A program made the position numbers and the translations under genes. Of a DNA stretch of 64,000 nt, positions 49,731 through 59,522 are shown piece by piece. Each line of letters starts with the position of its first letter. Positions within the stretch are counted from its first letter, which is position 1. Source of the stretch: Spirochaetia bacterium (GTDB lineage: Bacteria > Spirochaetota > Spirochaetia > UBA9216); NCBI GenBank assembly GCA_965140585.1, contig OZ223270.1, forward strand, positions 256,001 to 320,000, read 5' to 3'. The notes below the pieces were generated by a model that saw only the letters and a program-made list of their open reading frames with translations, ran no database searches and had not been told where the DNA came from.

Positions 49731-49781
49731 AAATTGAATGACCGTACAATTTATAATAAGCCTGCAGTATAAAGTTGTCAA
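49731..49781 (-). promoter_or_regulatory. tetR promoter and putative operator
   Basis: TTGACA-17bp-TATTAT; dyad AAATTGAATGACCGTACAATTT at 49731-49752. Confidence 0.6.
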
Positions 49782-49839
49782 GCTACCCGAATATAATTAC
49801 AATTAAATTATAAAAAAACAACCCTTATGGAGGAAATCA

Positions 49840-50079
49840 ATGGATTTTAAAACGGAACTGCAGAATAAATTTATCTGTTCAAAATGCAGAAGTACCGGTG
49901 GAGCTGTAAAAAGAGTCAGCATGAGCGGCGCAGGGCTTTCCAGACTTGTCAATCTGCAGCACAACACGTTCATCGCTGTTTCCTGCATTAGATGCGGATA
50001 CACGGAATTCTATAATCCAGAGGTCTATGAGGGCAAGAATAATGCAATGAATATTCTGGATTTACTGTTCGGAGTATAA
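49840..50079 (+). CDS. Zinc-ribbon domain protein (DUF2082-like)
   Basis: CSKC...CIRCGYTEFY...ILDLLFG; RBS GGAGG. Confidence 0.85.
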   Translation: MDFKTELQNKFICSKCRSTGGAVKRVSMSGAGLSRLVNLQHNTFIAVSCIRCGYTEFYNPEVYEGKNNAMNILDLLFGV

Positions 50080-50105
50080 GATAATGTTAAAGGAAGAAAA
50101 CAGAC

Positions 50106-50639
50106 ATGGCATATTATAAAAAAGTTAAGGGAGAACGATGCTACCTCTCACCCATCGATTCTGAAGATTATAAACTATATACGGCATGGTTAAACGATCC
50201 GGAAGTTACCGAAAACCTTACTCTTTCAGACAAGGTAATTACAGAATCCGGAGAAAGGTTAATGCTTGAAACCCTGTCAAAAGAACATTCATATACGATT
50301 GTTCTTAATGAAGGAGATGCACCGATTGGCGTATGCGGATTTCATATACTTGATCAGAGAAACAGAACATGTGAAATCGGTATTTTTATAGGTGAAAAAC
50401 AGCACTGGGGTAAGGGATACGGAACCGAAGCCATACGCCTGCTTATGGGATATGGAATAGACTATCTGAATCTTCACAGCTTTTTGATCTCTGTTTATTC
50501 GTTCAATAAGCGTGGATATAAATGCTATACCGGACTTGGCTTTAAGGAAATCGGTACGAGACGAAAATGTATCCGTCAAAAAGGTGAATACCATGATATG
50601 ATTTACCTTGACATGCTTGCAGAGGAGTTTGAACGCTGA
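50106..50639 (+). CDS. GNAT N-acetyltransferase (RimJ/RimL/SpeG-like)
   Basis: IGIFIG...WGKGYGTEA...N...Y..LGF. Confidence 0.9.
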   Translation: MAYYKKVKGERCYLSPIDSEDYKLYTAWLNDPEVTENLTLSDKVITESGERLMLETLSKEHSYTIVLNEGDAPIGVCGFHILDQRNRTCEIGIFIGEKQHWGKGYGTEAIRLLMGYGIDYLNLHSFLISVYSFNKRGYKCYTGLGFKEIGTRRKCIRQKGEYHDMIYLDMLAEEFER

Positions 50640-50642
50640 AAA

Positions 50643-51572
50643 ATGAAAGATAACAGTCCTGAAATTATCTGCTGCGGACATGCAGCTTACGACCTCAACT
50701 TTATGATTCCTTCATTTCCGGTAGAAGATCAGAAATACCGGATAGACACACTGGTTGAGACTGGAGGCGGCCCGGCGGCAAATGCAGCCTGCCTTATTGC
50801 TAAATGGGGACTTTCATCCGCCTTCGCCGGACTGGTAGGCAAGGATATCTATGGTGATAAAATTCTTATCGAGCTGAAGGACTGGAGTGTAGATACCTCT
50901 CTGGTTGAGCAGCGGGATAATAGCAACACGCCGCTTTCCGCGATTGTGGTCAACACAAGTACAGGAACAAGGACACTTCTAAACCGCCGGGACGAATCAG
51001 AACAGGCTGAGGTTTCAGAACAGCTCATTAAAAAACTATCAGAAATGAACCCGTCAATCCTTCTTTTTGACGGCCATGCGCTTAACCTGAGCCTGAAACT
51101 TATCGAAATGTTTCCGAGGGCGGTTAAGATTATGGATGCAGGAACCCTGCGTAATTCAACTGATACCCTCAGCCGGCTCTCCGACTACATCATCTGCAGT
51201 ACGGCCTATGCCTGCGAACTTGCCGGACTGGAAAATCTTAATACACATATCCTGCAGAAAAAGGCAGTCGATGTTCTTACCGAACGTTATAACGGTTTAA
51301 GTATAATTACCATGGGGAAAAGGGGTTTATGCTACCGGAAAAACAGTGCCGCCATAACCATGCCGTCCTACAGTGTAAAAGCTGTTGATACCACCGGGGC
51401 TGGGGATGTTTTTCATGGAGCCTTTGCTTACGGTATAGCGGAGGGGTTGAATCTACAGAAAAACCTCAGCTTTTCATCGGCCGCCGCGGCTCTTTCAACA
51501 ACAAAACCCGGCGGCAGAACCTCAATACCGGAACTCGAGGAGACTCTTCACCTTTGCAGTTTATCATTCTGA
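50643..51572 (+). CDS. PfkB family carbohydrate kinase
   Basis: GGGPAANAA, DTTGAGDVFHGAF. Confidence 0.92.
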   Translation: MKDNSPEIICCGHAAYDLNFMIPSFPVEDQKYRIDTLVETGGGPAANAACLIAKWGLSSAFAGLVGKDIYGDKILIELKDWSVDTSLVEQRDNSNTPLSAIVVNTSTGTRTLLNRRDESEQAEVSEQLIKKLSEMNPSILLFDGHALNLSLKLIEMFPRAVKIMDAGTLRNSTDTLSRLSDYIICSTAYACELAGLENLNTHILQKKAVDVLTERYNGLSIITMGKRGLCYRKNSAAITMPSYSVKAVDTTGAGDVFHGAFAYGIAEGLNLQKNLSFSSAAAALSTTKPGGRTSIPELEETLHLCSLSF

Positions 51573-53579
51573 AAAGCTGAACCCCCAGCAGAATTCAGAA
51601 GCAGAGAAATCCCATCCGGCAAAGAGATTCAGGGGTACAGGTTTAAGTCCAATCAAAGACACATCCGAATGCAGAAAAAATCCCGTGCCGAAACCCGGTT
51701 CATCGGTGTAAGCAAAGACTCCGTAGGCACCGGCTTTTATATTCTGAAATATTACTATTTCAGAGAAAGCCGGCTCAAACATATATGGGTTAAACAAAAG
51801 CCTGATTTCATTGAAAACAAGCCGGGGATATCCAGCTGTCGTATCCTGATCAGCAGGATACGGGGTATAATGAGCGGCAGCAAGCTTGAGAGAATCTCTT
51901 TTAAACAGGGGAACAGTTCCGGAACTAAAAGGATAACGAGCCAGAGCCCGGTCCTCCAGGAGCAGAAGGTTTCCTGTACCGGGAACTGCAGCAGTCAGTG
52001 AAATTTCCGCAAGTCCGAACAGACTTTGAAAATCCCAGCCCTGAAGCCCTGCGGCAGCATAAATGCTTAAAGGTTTTTCAGAGTCTGCGTTTGGAAAGAG
52101 TGCTGCTTCTACAGTTCCAGTGTAGAGGCTGTCTGATAAAGTCCAGGAACTGTCAGTAGTAATTTCCGCCTTGATATTCAAGTCAGTTCTAAACTTTTCA
52201 GACGCAAAAGGGACCAGCTGCAGCTGTCCGTAATAATAGCCGGCATTAAAGAGCTCTTCGATTCCGGTGATATTTCCAAAATCCTCTGTAAGAGAGAACC
52301 CAGCGCCGGCGCGAAGTTTTAGAAAATAAAAGGGGTCATAATTTAACCCGGTAAAGAGCAATGGATGAATATCACCTTCACTCAACGACGAAACTTCCGC
52401 AGCGGCACCTGCCTCCATTCCGAAACTTCCCGCTTTAAAATCTGCACCCAGACCGGCATTATACCCGCTGTCCAGATAGAAATCATCTTCAACGCCTTCA
52501 GGAAACATAGCAGTAAAAACAAGGTTAAGCTCAGAAGGCTCCACGGGAATACTTTCAAGATATCTGTATTCACGGTTGGCGTTGTCCATAACCATCCTGT
52601 AGGACTCCCGGTATTCGCCTAAAGTCTCAGAGACTCCGCCGTTGCCGAACCTGGTCAGAACAGAACTCAGCATATCTGTCGATCTGTACCCGGCATCACT
52701 TATTTCATTGATAAGATTGAAAGACATGAAAGAGTAATGCTCCACATCACACCTTATAAGAACTGGATCAAACTGTTTAAGCTGTGAAATCCCTGTCCGG
52801 CTTTTACCGACATCCATGGCGATATTAAGAATAGTAAGCGGACTTTTCAAATCAAGTTTAGGATTATCATAGAAGGCCGTAGCGGCAATTATCCGGTCTG
52901 AATATTTATAGGCGACATCCAGCGGAACCAGATTGGAAATACCGCCGTCAATTAAAGTAAAATCATACATTTCAACCGGATTAAAATAAACCGGAAGAGC
53001 ATAGGAGGCTTCCATTACAGTCAGCAGCTTTCCTTCTGCTATACGGATCTGCCGCTTTGATCTAATATCTTCACAGACTACCATTATCGGAACCGGAAGC
53101 TCGGACAGATCAGGGTTTCCAAGGTATGATCTTATTAGTCCGCTGAACAGACTTACATCCATTACACCGCCGTCAAGCGGCATTACAATATTAAACAGCT
53201 CTCCAATATTTGTAGTATTAACAGCCTCCTGAATCATATCAGGAGACATTCCGGCGGCATACATCAGCCCGACTATAGCACCCATCGAATTGGCCACGAT
53301 AAAATCGGGAACGATTTCTAGTTCCTCCAGCCGTTTAAGAACACCGATATGCGCAAATGCCCTGGCAGATCCGCCGCTTAAAACAAGCCCGATAGGCTCA
53401 CGGGTTCCTCCTGTTTTTTCATTAATCCGCTGAATAAATTTTTCTTCTCCAAGAAAAACAGGAAGATCCGAAGACATAATGCGATCCGGAACATCCTCAG
53501 CGAACAGCCTCAAGAGACTGAAAAACAATGTAAAAACCAATAATATTTTTCTGTATACAGAATTGCTGTGCTGGTACAT
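51564..53579 (-). CDS. Patatin-like phospholipase with large C-terminal domain
   Basis: Signal peptide; LSGGSARAFAHIG, ANSMG, DGG. Confidence 0.85.
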   Translation of the reverse strand: MYQHSNSVYRKILLVFTLFFSLLRLFAEDVPDRIMSSDLPVFLGEEKFIQRINEKTGGTREPIGLVLSGGSARAFAHIGVLKRLEELEIVPDFIVANSMGAIVGLMYAAGMSPDMIQEAVNTTNIGELFNIVMPLDGGVMDVSLFSGLIRSYLGNPDLSELPVPIMVVCEDIRSKRQIRIAEGKLLTVMEASYALPVYFNPVEMYDFTLIDGGISNLVPLDVAYKYSDRIIAATAFYDNPKLDLKSPLTILNIAMDVGKSRTGISQLKQFDPVLIRCDVEHYSFMSFNLINEISDAGYRSTDMLSSVLTRFGNGGVSETLGEYRESYRMVMDNANREYRYLESIPVEPSELNLVFTAMFPEGVEDDFYLDSGYNAGLGADFKAGSFGMEAGAAAEVSSLSEGDIHPLLFTGLNYDPFYFLKLRAGAGFSLTEDFGNITGIEELFNAGYYYGQLQLVPFASEKFRTDLNIKAEITTDSSWTLSDSLYTGTVEAALFPNADSEKPLSIYAAAGLQGWDFQSLFGLAEISLTAAVPGTGNLLLLEDRALARYPFSSGTVPLFKRDSLKLAAAHYTPYPADQDTTAGYPRLVFNEIRLLFNPYMFEPAFSEIVIFQNIKAGAYGVFAYTDEPGFGTGFFLHSDVSLIGLKPVPLNLFAGWDFSASEFCWGFSFSE

Positions 53580-53674
53580 AACTATTTTATTTGCCGCTCT
53601 TTTTCAAAACCTTTATATTGATTATATATGCTTATAACACAACAGTAAAATAAAAATGTTACTGGAGGATTAAC

Positions 53675-54253
53675 ATGGTAAAAGGCAGCGAAAAAAGAAC
53701 TAATAACAATAATGCAGATATGATATTTGTAGATCGATGGTCACCCAGAGCCATGTCAGGTGAACCCTTATCAGAAGAGGACGCGCGAAAGCTGTTTGAG
53801 GCAGCAAGATGGGCACCCTCGTCAATGAATAACCAGCCATGGCGATTCATATATTCCATAAATGGCGATGAAAACTGGGATACTTTTTTCAATCTCCTTA
53901 ACGCGGGCAACCAGAAATGGGCAGGAAAAGCAGGAATGCTTATGGTTGTAGTATCAAAAAACACTTTTGATACCGGGAAGGAATCAGTAACCCACAGCTA
54001 CGACACAGGAGCAGCCTGGGTAAGTCTTGCACTTCAGGGCTCCTTAATGGGACTGGTAGTGCACGGAATGCAGGGCTTTGATTATGAGGCAGCAAGGGAC
54101 AAGCTTGGAATACCGGAAGGGTATACAGTTGAAGCTATGGCTGCAGCAGGAAAACCGGGCGAGATTTCAGAGCTTCCGGAGAATCTTCAGCAGAGGGAAA
54201 GCCCCAATGACCGGAAACCGATCGAGGAAACAATCAGAAGAGGGCACTTCTAA
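53675..54253 (+). CDS. Nitroreductase family protein
   Basis: RWSPR, AARWAPSSMNNQPW, HGMQGFD. Confidence 0.92.
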   Translation: MVKGSEKRTNNNNADMIFVDRWSPRAMSGEPLSEEDARKLFEAARWAPSSMNNQPWRFIYSINGDENWDTFFNLLNAGNQKWAGKAGMLMVVVSKNTFDTGKESVTHSYDTGAAWVSLALQGSLMGLVVHGMQGFDYEAARDKLGIPEGYTVEAMAAAGKPGEISELPENLQQRESPNDRKPIEETIRRGHF

Positions 54254-54379
54254 AACAACGCTTAATTAATACCGGGGTTAATACAAAACTAACAATTCCC
54301 GTATATGATACTTTGAAATATTGATAAAGCATATTAAACTAGTATTATTCATGTTCAAATGCTTATCAGGAGTGTCAAA

Positions 54380-55441
54380 ATGTCAAAGACAAAGGGAATG
54401 AAAATAGGAATACTTACCGCCGGAGGAGATTGTCCCGGACTTAATGCCGCAATCAGAGGCGTCGGAAAGACTGCCATTCTGAAATACGGTATGGAAGTCT
54501 ACGGATTTTCCTCCGGATACCTCGGTCTTGTGAATAACGAGTACAAACAGCTCTCAGAAAGAGACCTTTCAGGCATCCTGACAGTCGGGGGAACAATCCT
54601 CGGCACCTCAAGAGAAAAACCATTCAAACATTCAGAATATGATCAGTATGTAGTAAGCAAACCCGACCAGATAAAGGAAAACTATGCAGCGCTTGGCCTT
54701 GACTGTGTGGTTTGCATCGGCGGAAACGGAACTATGAAAACTGCAGGAAAGCTTCAGGATGAGGGGCTGAATGTAATCGGAATACCGAAAACAATCGACA
54801 ACGATGTCTGGGGAACCGACAGAACATTCGGGTTCGATTCTGCCGTTACTATAGCTACAGATGCCATTGACCGCATTCACACAACGGCAAACTCACATAA
54901 ACGAATCATGGTAGTTGAAGTTATGGGTCATCATACCGGCTGGCTGACACTTTTTTCAGGGGTTGCAGGCGGAGGAGATATCATCCTTATTCCGGAAATA
55001 CCCTATGAACGAAAAATACTGAAAAAATATATAATGAAAAGAGCCGAATCAGGAAAACCCTACTCAATCGTAGTTGTTGCAGAAGGTATCAGGGTTCCGC
55101 CCAAGAAGAACGGGCAGCCGAGTGTGAAAAGCGCCGGAAGGTATATTTCAGAAATTATCCAGAAAGATACCGGCATTGAAACCAGGGACACCATACTCGG
55201 CTACATACAGCGCGGAGGCTCACCCTCCGCCACTGACCGTGTCCTGGCAACCGAGCTCGGGGCCTTTGCCGCAAAAATGATTTCAGAGCAAAAGTTCGGA
55301 CACATGGCGGCAATTCAGGACAGAACACTCACCTCAATACCTCTGAGCGATGTGGCGGGAAAACTGAAACTTGTACCGCCTGACTATCCGCTCATTCAGT
55401 ACGCAAGAAATCTGGACACCTGCTTCGGCGACGGCAAATAA
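54380..55441 (+). CDS. pfkA: 6-phosphofructokinase
   Basis: GGDCPGLN, GGTILGTSR, GGNGT, PKTIDND, EVMGH, GYIQRGG. Confidence 0.93.
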   Translation: MSKTKGMKIGILTAGGDCPGLNAAIRGVGKTAILKYGMEVYGFSSGYLGLVNNEYKQLSERDLSGILTVGGTILGTSREKPFKHSEYDQYVVSKPDQIKENYAALGLDCVVCIGGNGTMKTAGKLQDEGLNVIGIPKTIDNDVWGTDRTFGFDSAVTIATDAIDRIHTTANSHKRIMVVEVMGHHTGWLTLFSGVAGGGDIILIPEIPYERKILKKYIMKRAESGKPYSIVVVAEGIRVPPKKNGQPSVKSAGRYISEIIQKDTGIETRDTILGYIQRGGSPSATDRVLATELGAFAAKMISEQKFGHMAAIQDRTLTSIPLSDVAGKLKLVPPDYPLIQYARNLDTCFGDGK

Positions 55442-55453
55442 AAAAGGACTCAC

Positions 55454-57517
55454 ATGGCGGAAGATATTTATAAATTCATCAATAAAGAAGTAAGCTGGCT
55501 CTCGTTCAACGAAAGAGTTCTGCAGGAGGCTGAAGATAAAAGAAACCTCCTGGGAGAACGTTTAAAATTCCTTGGTATTTTTTCATCAAACCAGGATGAG
55601 TTTTTCAGAGTCCGTGTTGCAATGCTTAAAAAGTTCTGCCTTATGAACAGAAAAAGCCGTAAATACCTGCCCGAAGATCCTGAAGAGGCAATGAATCAGG
55701 TAAGGGTGATAGTTCACAGGCAGCGTCAGCGTTCAGAGAAAATTTATAAAGATATAATGAATGAACTTGAAAAAGAGAAGGTCTTTATAAAGTCTCACAA
55801 TGAACTCAATAAAAAGCAGCAGCGTTTTGTCTTTGATTATTTTACCGTCCATGTAAGACCGCAGATTTTTCCGATGATTATCGACAGCCGGTACGAAATC
55901 CCCTATTTGCAGGACGACTCGCTCTATCTTGCAGTTGAGCTGCGGAACAATACCACTCACAGGATTCGCTACAGTATTATTGAAATTCCGACAAAATCGC
56001 TTCCCCGATTTATAAAACTGCCCCATTCCGGCGATGAAACCCATATCATCCTTATTGATGAAATTGTACGCTTCGGCCTGCCCGGAGTTTATTCCAGCCA
56101 TCAGTTTACAAGTTTTCATTCCTATAACTTCAAGGTAACCAGAGACGCTGAACTGGAAATAGATGAGGATGATATCTCGGTAAGTTATCTTAACAAGATT
56201 TCAGAAAGCCTTAAAAAACGAGGCGAAGGTGATATCATCAGGCTCGTTTATGATGAAAAAATGCCGAAGGCAATGCTTGATTTCTTCAGAAAAAAGAACA
56301 AAATGCATCCTCTCGACACGCTCTCTGCAGGAGGTCGCTATCACAGGCTGAAAGATATGCTGAGTCTTCCGGGTGTTGCCGGACTGGAAACAACCAAGCC
56401 TAATCCTCCGATAAGGCACGCTGAAATAGACCAGAGCAAGATTTCCTTTGCATCAATTAAAAAACACGATGTTCTGCTGTTTTTCCCCTATCACACATTC
56501 AGCAGTATGATCGACTTTATAAGGGATGCATCCATCGACGCCTCAGTTGAAAGCATCAAAGTCACTCTCTACAGGGTCGCAAAATTTTCAAGTATCGCGA
56601 ACGCCCTGATCAATGCCCGTCGAAACCGTAAGGATGTAACAGTACTTCTTGAACTTCAGGCACGCTTTGATGAGGAAAACAACATCTACTGGGCAAACAG
56701 GCTCAAAGATGAGGGTGTAAAAATCCTCTTTGGTATTTCCGGTCTCAAAGTTCATTCGAAGCTATGTCTGGTCACAAGAAAAGAAAGAGGAAAGCTTGTA
56801 AAATACTGCAGTATCGGAACCGGAAATCTTAACGAAGAAACCGCCAAAATGTATACAGACTGTACCCTGCTGACAGCAAATCCTGAAATAACCATGGAGG
56901 TTGAGGTTCTGTTCAACTTTCTGGAACGAAACTTTCACTACAACCTGTCATTTGAACACCTGCTTGTTTCCCCAGTTAATTTTCGTCAGAAACTCAATGA
57001 ACTAATTGATTTTGAGATTGAAGAAGCAAAGGCCGGCAGGCCTGCATGGATCAACATCAAGATCAACAACCTGGCGGATAAGGAGATTGGTACAAAGCTT
57101 TACGATGCCAGTATGGCCGGGGTAAAAATCAGACTGATCTGCAGAAGCCGTTTTACGATAATCCCCGGTGTTCCGGGTCTAAGTGAAAATATTCAGGCAA
57201 TAAGCATCATAGACAAATATCTTGAACATGCCCGTTTTTTTATCTTCTGCCATGGAGGTGAAGATCTGACCTATCTTGGTTCAGCAGACTGGCAGACAAG
57301 AAATATTGATCGACGGGTAGAGGTAACAACACCAGTCAGCAGGGAAAGACATAAAAAAAGGTTAAGGGATATTTTTGAAATTCAATGGAATGATAACTGC
57401 AAGGCACGGATTCTTGATCAGGAAATGTCAAACCGTTTTGTTGAAAAAAAAGATAACGAAACTCTTAACCGATCCCAGGATTCTGTATACCAATATCTGG
57501 TTGACGAGAACCACTAA
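55454..57517 (+). CDS. ppk1: Polyphosphate kinase 1
   Basis: SWLSFNERVLQEA, DEFFRVRVA, ELQARFDEENN, KVHSK, LEHAR. Confidence 0.96.
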   Translation: MAEDIYKFINKEVSWLSFNERVLQEAEDKRNLLGERLKFLGIFSSNQDEFFRVRVAMLKKFCLMNRKSRKYLPEDPEEAMNQVRVIVHRQRQRSEKIYKDIMNELEKEKVFIKSHNELNKKQQRFVFDYFTVHVRPQIFPMIIDSRYEIPYLQDDSLYLAVELRNNTTHRIRYSIIEIPTKSLPRFIKLPHSGDETHIILIDEIVRFGLPGVYSSHQFTSFHSYNFKVTRDAELEIDEDDISVSYLNKISESLKKRGEGDIIRLVYDEKMPKAMLDFFRKKNKMHPLDTLSAGGRYHRLKDMLSLPGVAGLETTKPNPPIRHAEIDQSKISFASIKKHDVLLFFPYHTFSSMIDFIRDASIDASVESIKVTLYRVAKFSSIANALINARRNRKDVTVLLELQARFDEENNIYWANRLKDEGVKILFGISGLKVHSKLCLVTRKERGKLVKYCSIGTGNLNEETAKMYTDCTLLTANPEITMEVEVLFNFLERNFHYNLSFEHLLVSPVNFRQKLNELIDFEIEEAKAGRPAWINIKINNLADKEIGTKLYDASMAGVKIRLICRSRFTIIPGVPGLSENIQAISIIDKYLEHARFFIFCHGGEDLTYLGSADWQTRNIDRRVEVTTPVSRERHKKRLRDIFEIQWNDNCKARILDQEMSNRFVEKKDNETLNRSQDSVYQYLVDENH

Positions 57518-57543
57518 TTAAACCTCAGCGGAGTTGATTCAAA

Positions 57544-57942
57544 TCAGCCCCGCTGCGCCAGAAAGTTATCCACAGCTTTTCCCCAGGGCAGAAACTTAAG
57601 CCTTCTTAAAGCCCTGTCCGATTTCAGAAATCGACGCTTACGGTATTTTCGTTCAGGCCATCTCTTACGTATGCTTGTTACCTTGAAGGGATAAAGTTTA
57701 TATACAACAGTGTCTTTCCCCTTCTCCACAGGGATTTTTATCGCTTTCCCTTTGATTGAACCTATAAGACCGGCTTCTTCAAAAGCTTCAAGGGCCGCAA
57801 CCTCACGATCTGTACGGTCTGCTTCAGGCTGCCCCTTGGGAAGTATCCATCTCCCGGGATTAGATCTGGAGGTAATTATCACAAAACGGTAAGTATTATT
57901 TCTTTTTATGTAAGGGATAACCCCTATCTGCTTATATTCCAA
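57544..57942 (-). CDS. Nudix hydrolase (DIPP/Ddp1-like)
   Basis: ITSR...WILPKG...AALEAFEEAG, WPE..R.R. Confidence 0.88.
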   Translation of the reverse strand: MEYKQIGVIPYIKRNNTYRFVIITSRSNPGRWILPKGQPEADRTDREVAALEAFEEAGLIGSIKGKAIKIPVEKGKDTVVYKLYPFKVTSIRKRWPERKYRKRRFLKSDRALRRLKFLPWGKAVDNFLAQRG

Positions 57943-57943
57943 T

Positions 57944-58966
57944 TCAAACAGACTCCACCAGATTTCCGGAACTCAGATCAAGAATCCTCCATCCAAGTGC
58001 GTTTATCAGCTCATTGTCATTGGAAACAATTATAATTGTAGGAACCTCAAGCATCAGCAAATCTCTCAATATTTTTATAAAGCCTTCCCGTGATGCCGCA
58101 TCAAGGGAGGCTGTCGGCTCATCCATAAGAAAAACACCGGGGGCCTGAGAAATGCACCCGGCAAGGGAAACCCTCAGTTTTTCACCGGCCGATAGTTCAT
58201 TAAAAGAACTATTCTGAAGGTGAAAACAGCCGGTTCGCTTCATTGCAAGCTCTATTTTATATGCCTGCTCAGAGGCCGTTTCAACAGAGTCCGGAAGCTT
58301 CTTTCTTACAACGTCCGCTGCAGAAACCGGGGTCTGTATTGATCTGTCGGCAGATTCCAGGAAAGCGATATTTTCGGCAGCGGCGTTGACCGCTACGCCC
58401 TTCGCATCAACCAGAGAAACAGAACCTGCTACAGGTTTCAGTATTCCCGCAATTGCTTTAAGCAGAGTTGTTTTCCCGCTGCCCTGGGCTCCCCGGATTA
58501 CAAGCTGATCACCGGCATCCAGCATAAAAGACAGATTGCTGAAAACTGGAGTATTCCCGTATCCTGCTTCGAGACGGTTCAGCCTGAGACCAATCCCCTT
58601 TGAAAAGCCAGCACGTTTCCTGAGGAACATACATGCATCTGCAGCAGACATTTCATCAGTAATTAAATCTTCAGTCCTGCATTCAATTTTCTCAACAAGC
58701 TCATCATAGCGGCATTCAACCCCGTTCTGCTCAAAAACCTTCAGACCAAGTTCACTTATCAGATGAATATATACTTTTTTTATCCCCATCCCTGCGGTTA
58801 AAGAAGCAGCAGCCCTTCCGGCAATTTTGTCTTCAACTGAGACATCTGCGGGGTCAATCCCACCGGCTCTTAAATGTTCTTCGAGTTCAAAAAGCGGATA
58901 CAGCCATTTACCATCGCTTTCAAAAATAATTTCATTATCCAGAAATGCTCTAAGGGAGTAAGACAT
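57944..58966 (-). CDS. DUF1893 domain fused to ABC ATPase domain
   Basis: N-terminal DKIAGRAAA...ISE...C..E; Walker A GAQGSGKT, LSAGE, FLMDEP. Confidence 0.75.
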   Translation of the reverse strand: MSYSLRAFLDNEIIFESDGKWLYPLFELEEHLRAGGIDPADVSVEDKIAGRAAASLTAGMGIKKVYIHLISELGLKVFEQNGVECRYDELVEKIECRTEDLITDEMSAADACMFLRKRAGFSKGIGLRLNRLEAGYGNTPVFSNLSFMLDAGDQLVIRGAQGSGKTTLLKAIAGILKPVAGSVSLVDAKGVAVNAAAENIAFLESADRSIQTPVSAADVVRKKLPDSVETASEQAYKIELAMKRTGCFHLQNSSFNELSAGEKLRVSLAGCISQAPGVFLMDEPTASLDAASREGFIKILRDLLMLEVPTIIIVSNDNELINALGWRILDLSSGNLVESV

Positions 58967-58971
58967 ATTAC

Positions 58972-59520
58972 CTATATTCCTTTGATATAAAACCTGTTGA
59001 TGATTTCATCGTCTTCAGCCTGTCCAACCATCTTCTCAAGTTCGCAGAAGAAATTTGACTCACGATCAAGACGTTTTCTGAAATCTTCAGTTATTTCAAC
59101 CGGTTCTGATTCAAGCTCATCCTTCCAGCCGGGACAGCCGGAGACCGGAGCAAGTGCAGACCATTTTTCAGTATCCATGCGACAGTCATATTCCCTGCAG
59201 TGGGGAGCCAGCATGCATACCAGCGGTTTATGATTCGGATGCAGGCTGCAAAGCCCATAAAATCTGCCGTTATCATCCAGTCTATTTTCAATGAAGGGGC
59301 AGAATTTCAGCTTTCCGCCTTTGAATCTTATCCGCGGAAGCGGTGCATTATTCCGCTCATTATCAATTATAACAAAACCACGGCTGAAAAGATCAGCAGT
59401 ACTGTTAAATTTGAGATAATTTGCCATCAGAGCCAGATCTTCTGGATTGAGGAAAACCTTCATCAGGCCGCTGCAGCATTCACCGCAGCATTTACAGTCG
59501 AATTTAAGCGGATCGGCCAA
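58972..59520 (-). CDS. YkgJ family cysteine-cluster (CxxCxxCC) protein
   Basis: FDCKCCGECC...CPF...CSLH...KPLVC...P...CPG. Confidence 0.88.
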   Translation of the reverse strand: MADPLKFDCKCCGECCSGLMKVFLNPEDLALMANYLKFNSTADLFSRGFVIIDNERNNAPLPRIRFKGGKLKFCPFIENRLDDNGRFYGLCSLHPNHKPLVCMLAPHCREYDCRMDTEKWSALAPVSGCPGWKDELESEPVEITEDFRKRLDRESNFFCELEKMVGQAEDDEIINRFYIKGI

Positions 59521-59522
59521 GC

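Noticed and set aside
58972-59520. Cys-rich protein as the missing GRE activase
   Set aside because: The motif is YkgJ-type CxxCxxCC in a 182-aa protein, not radical-SAM CxxxCxxC.
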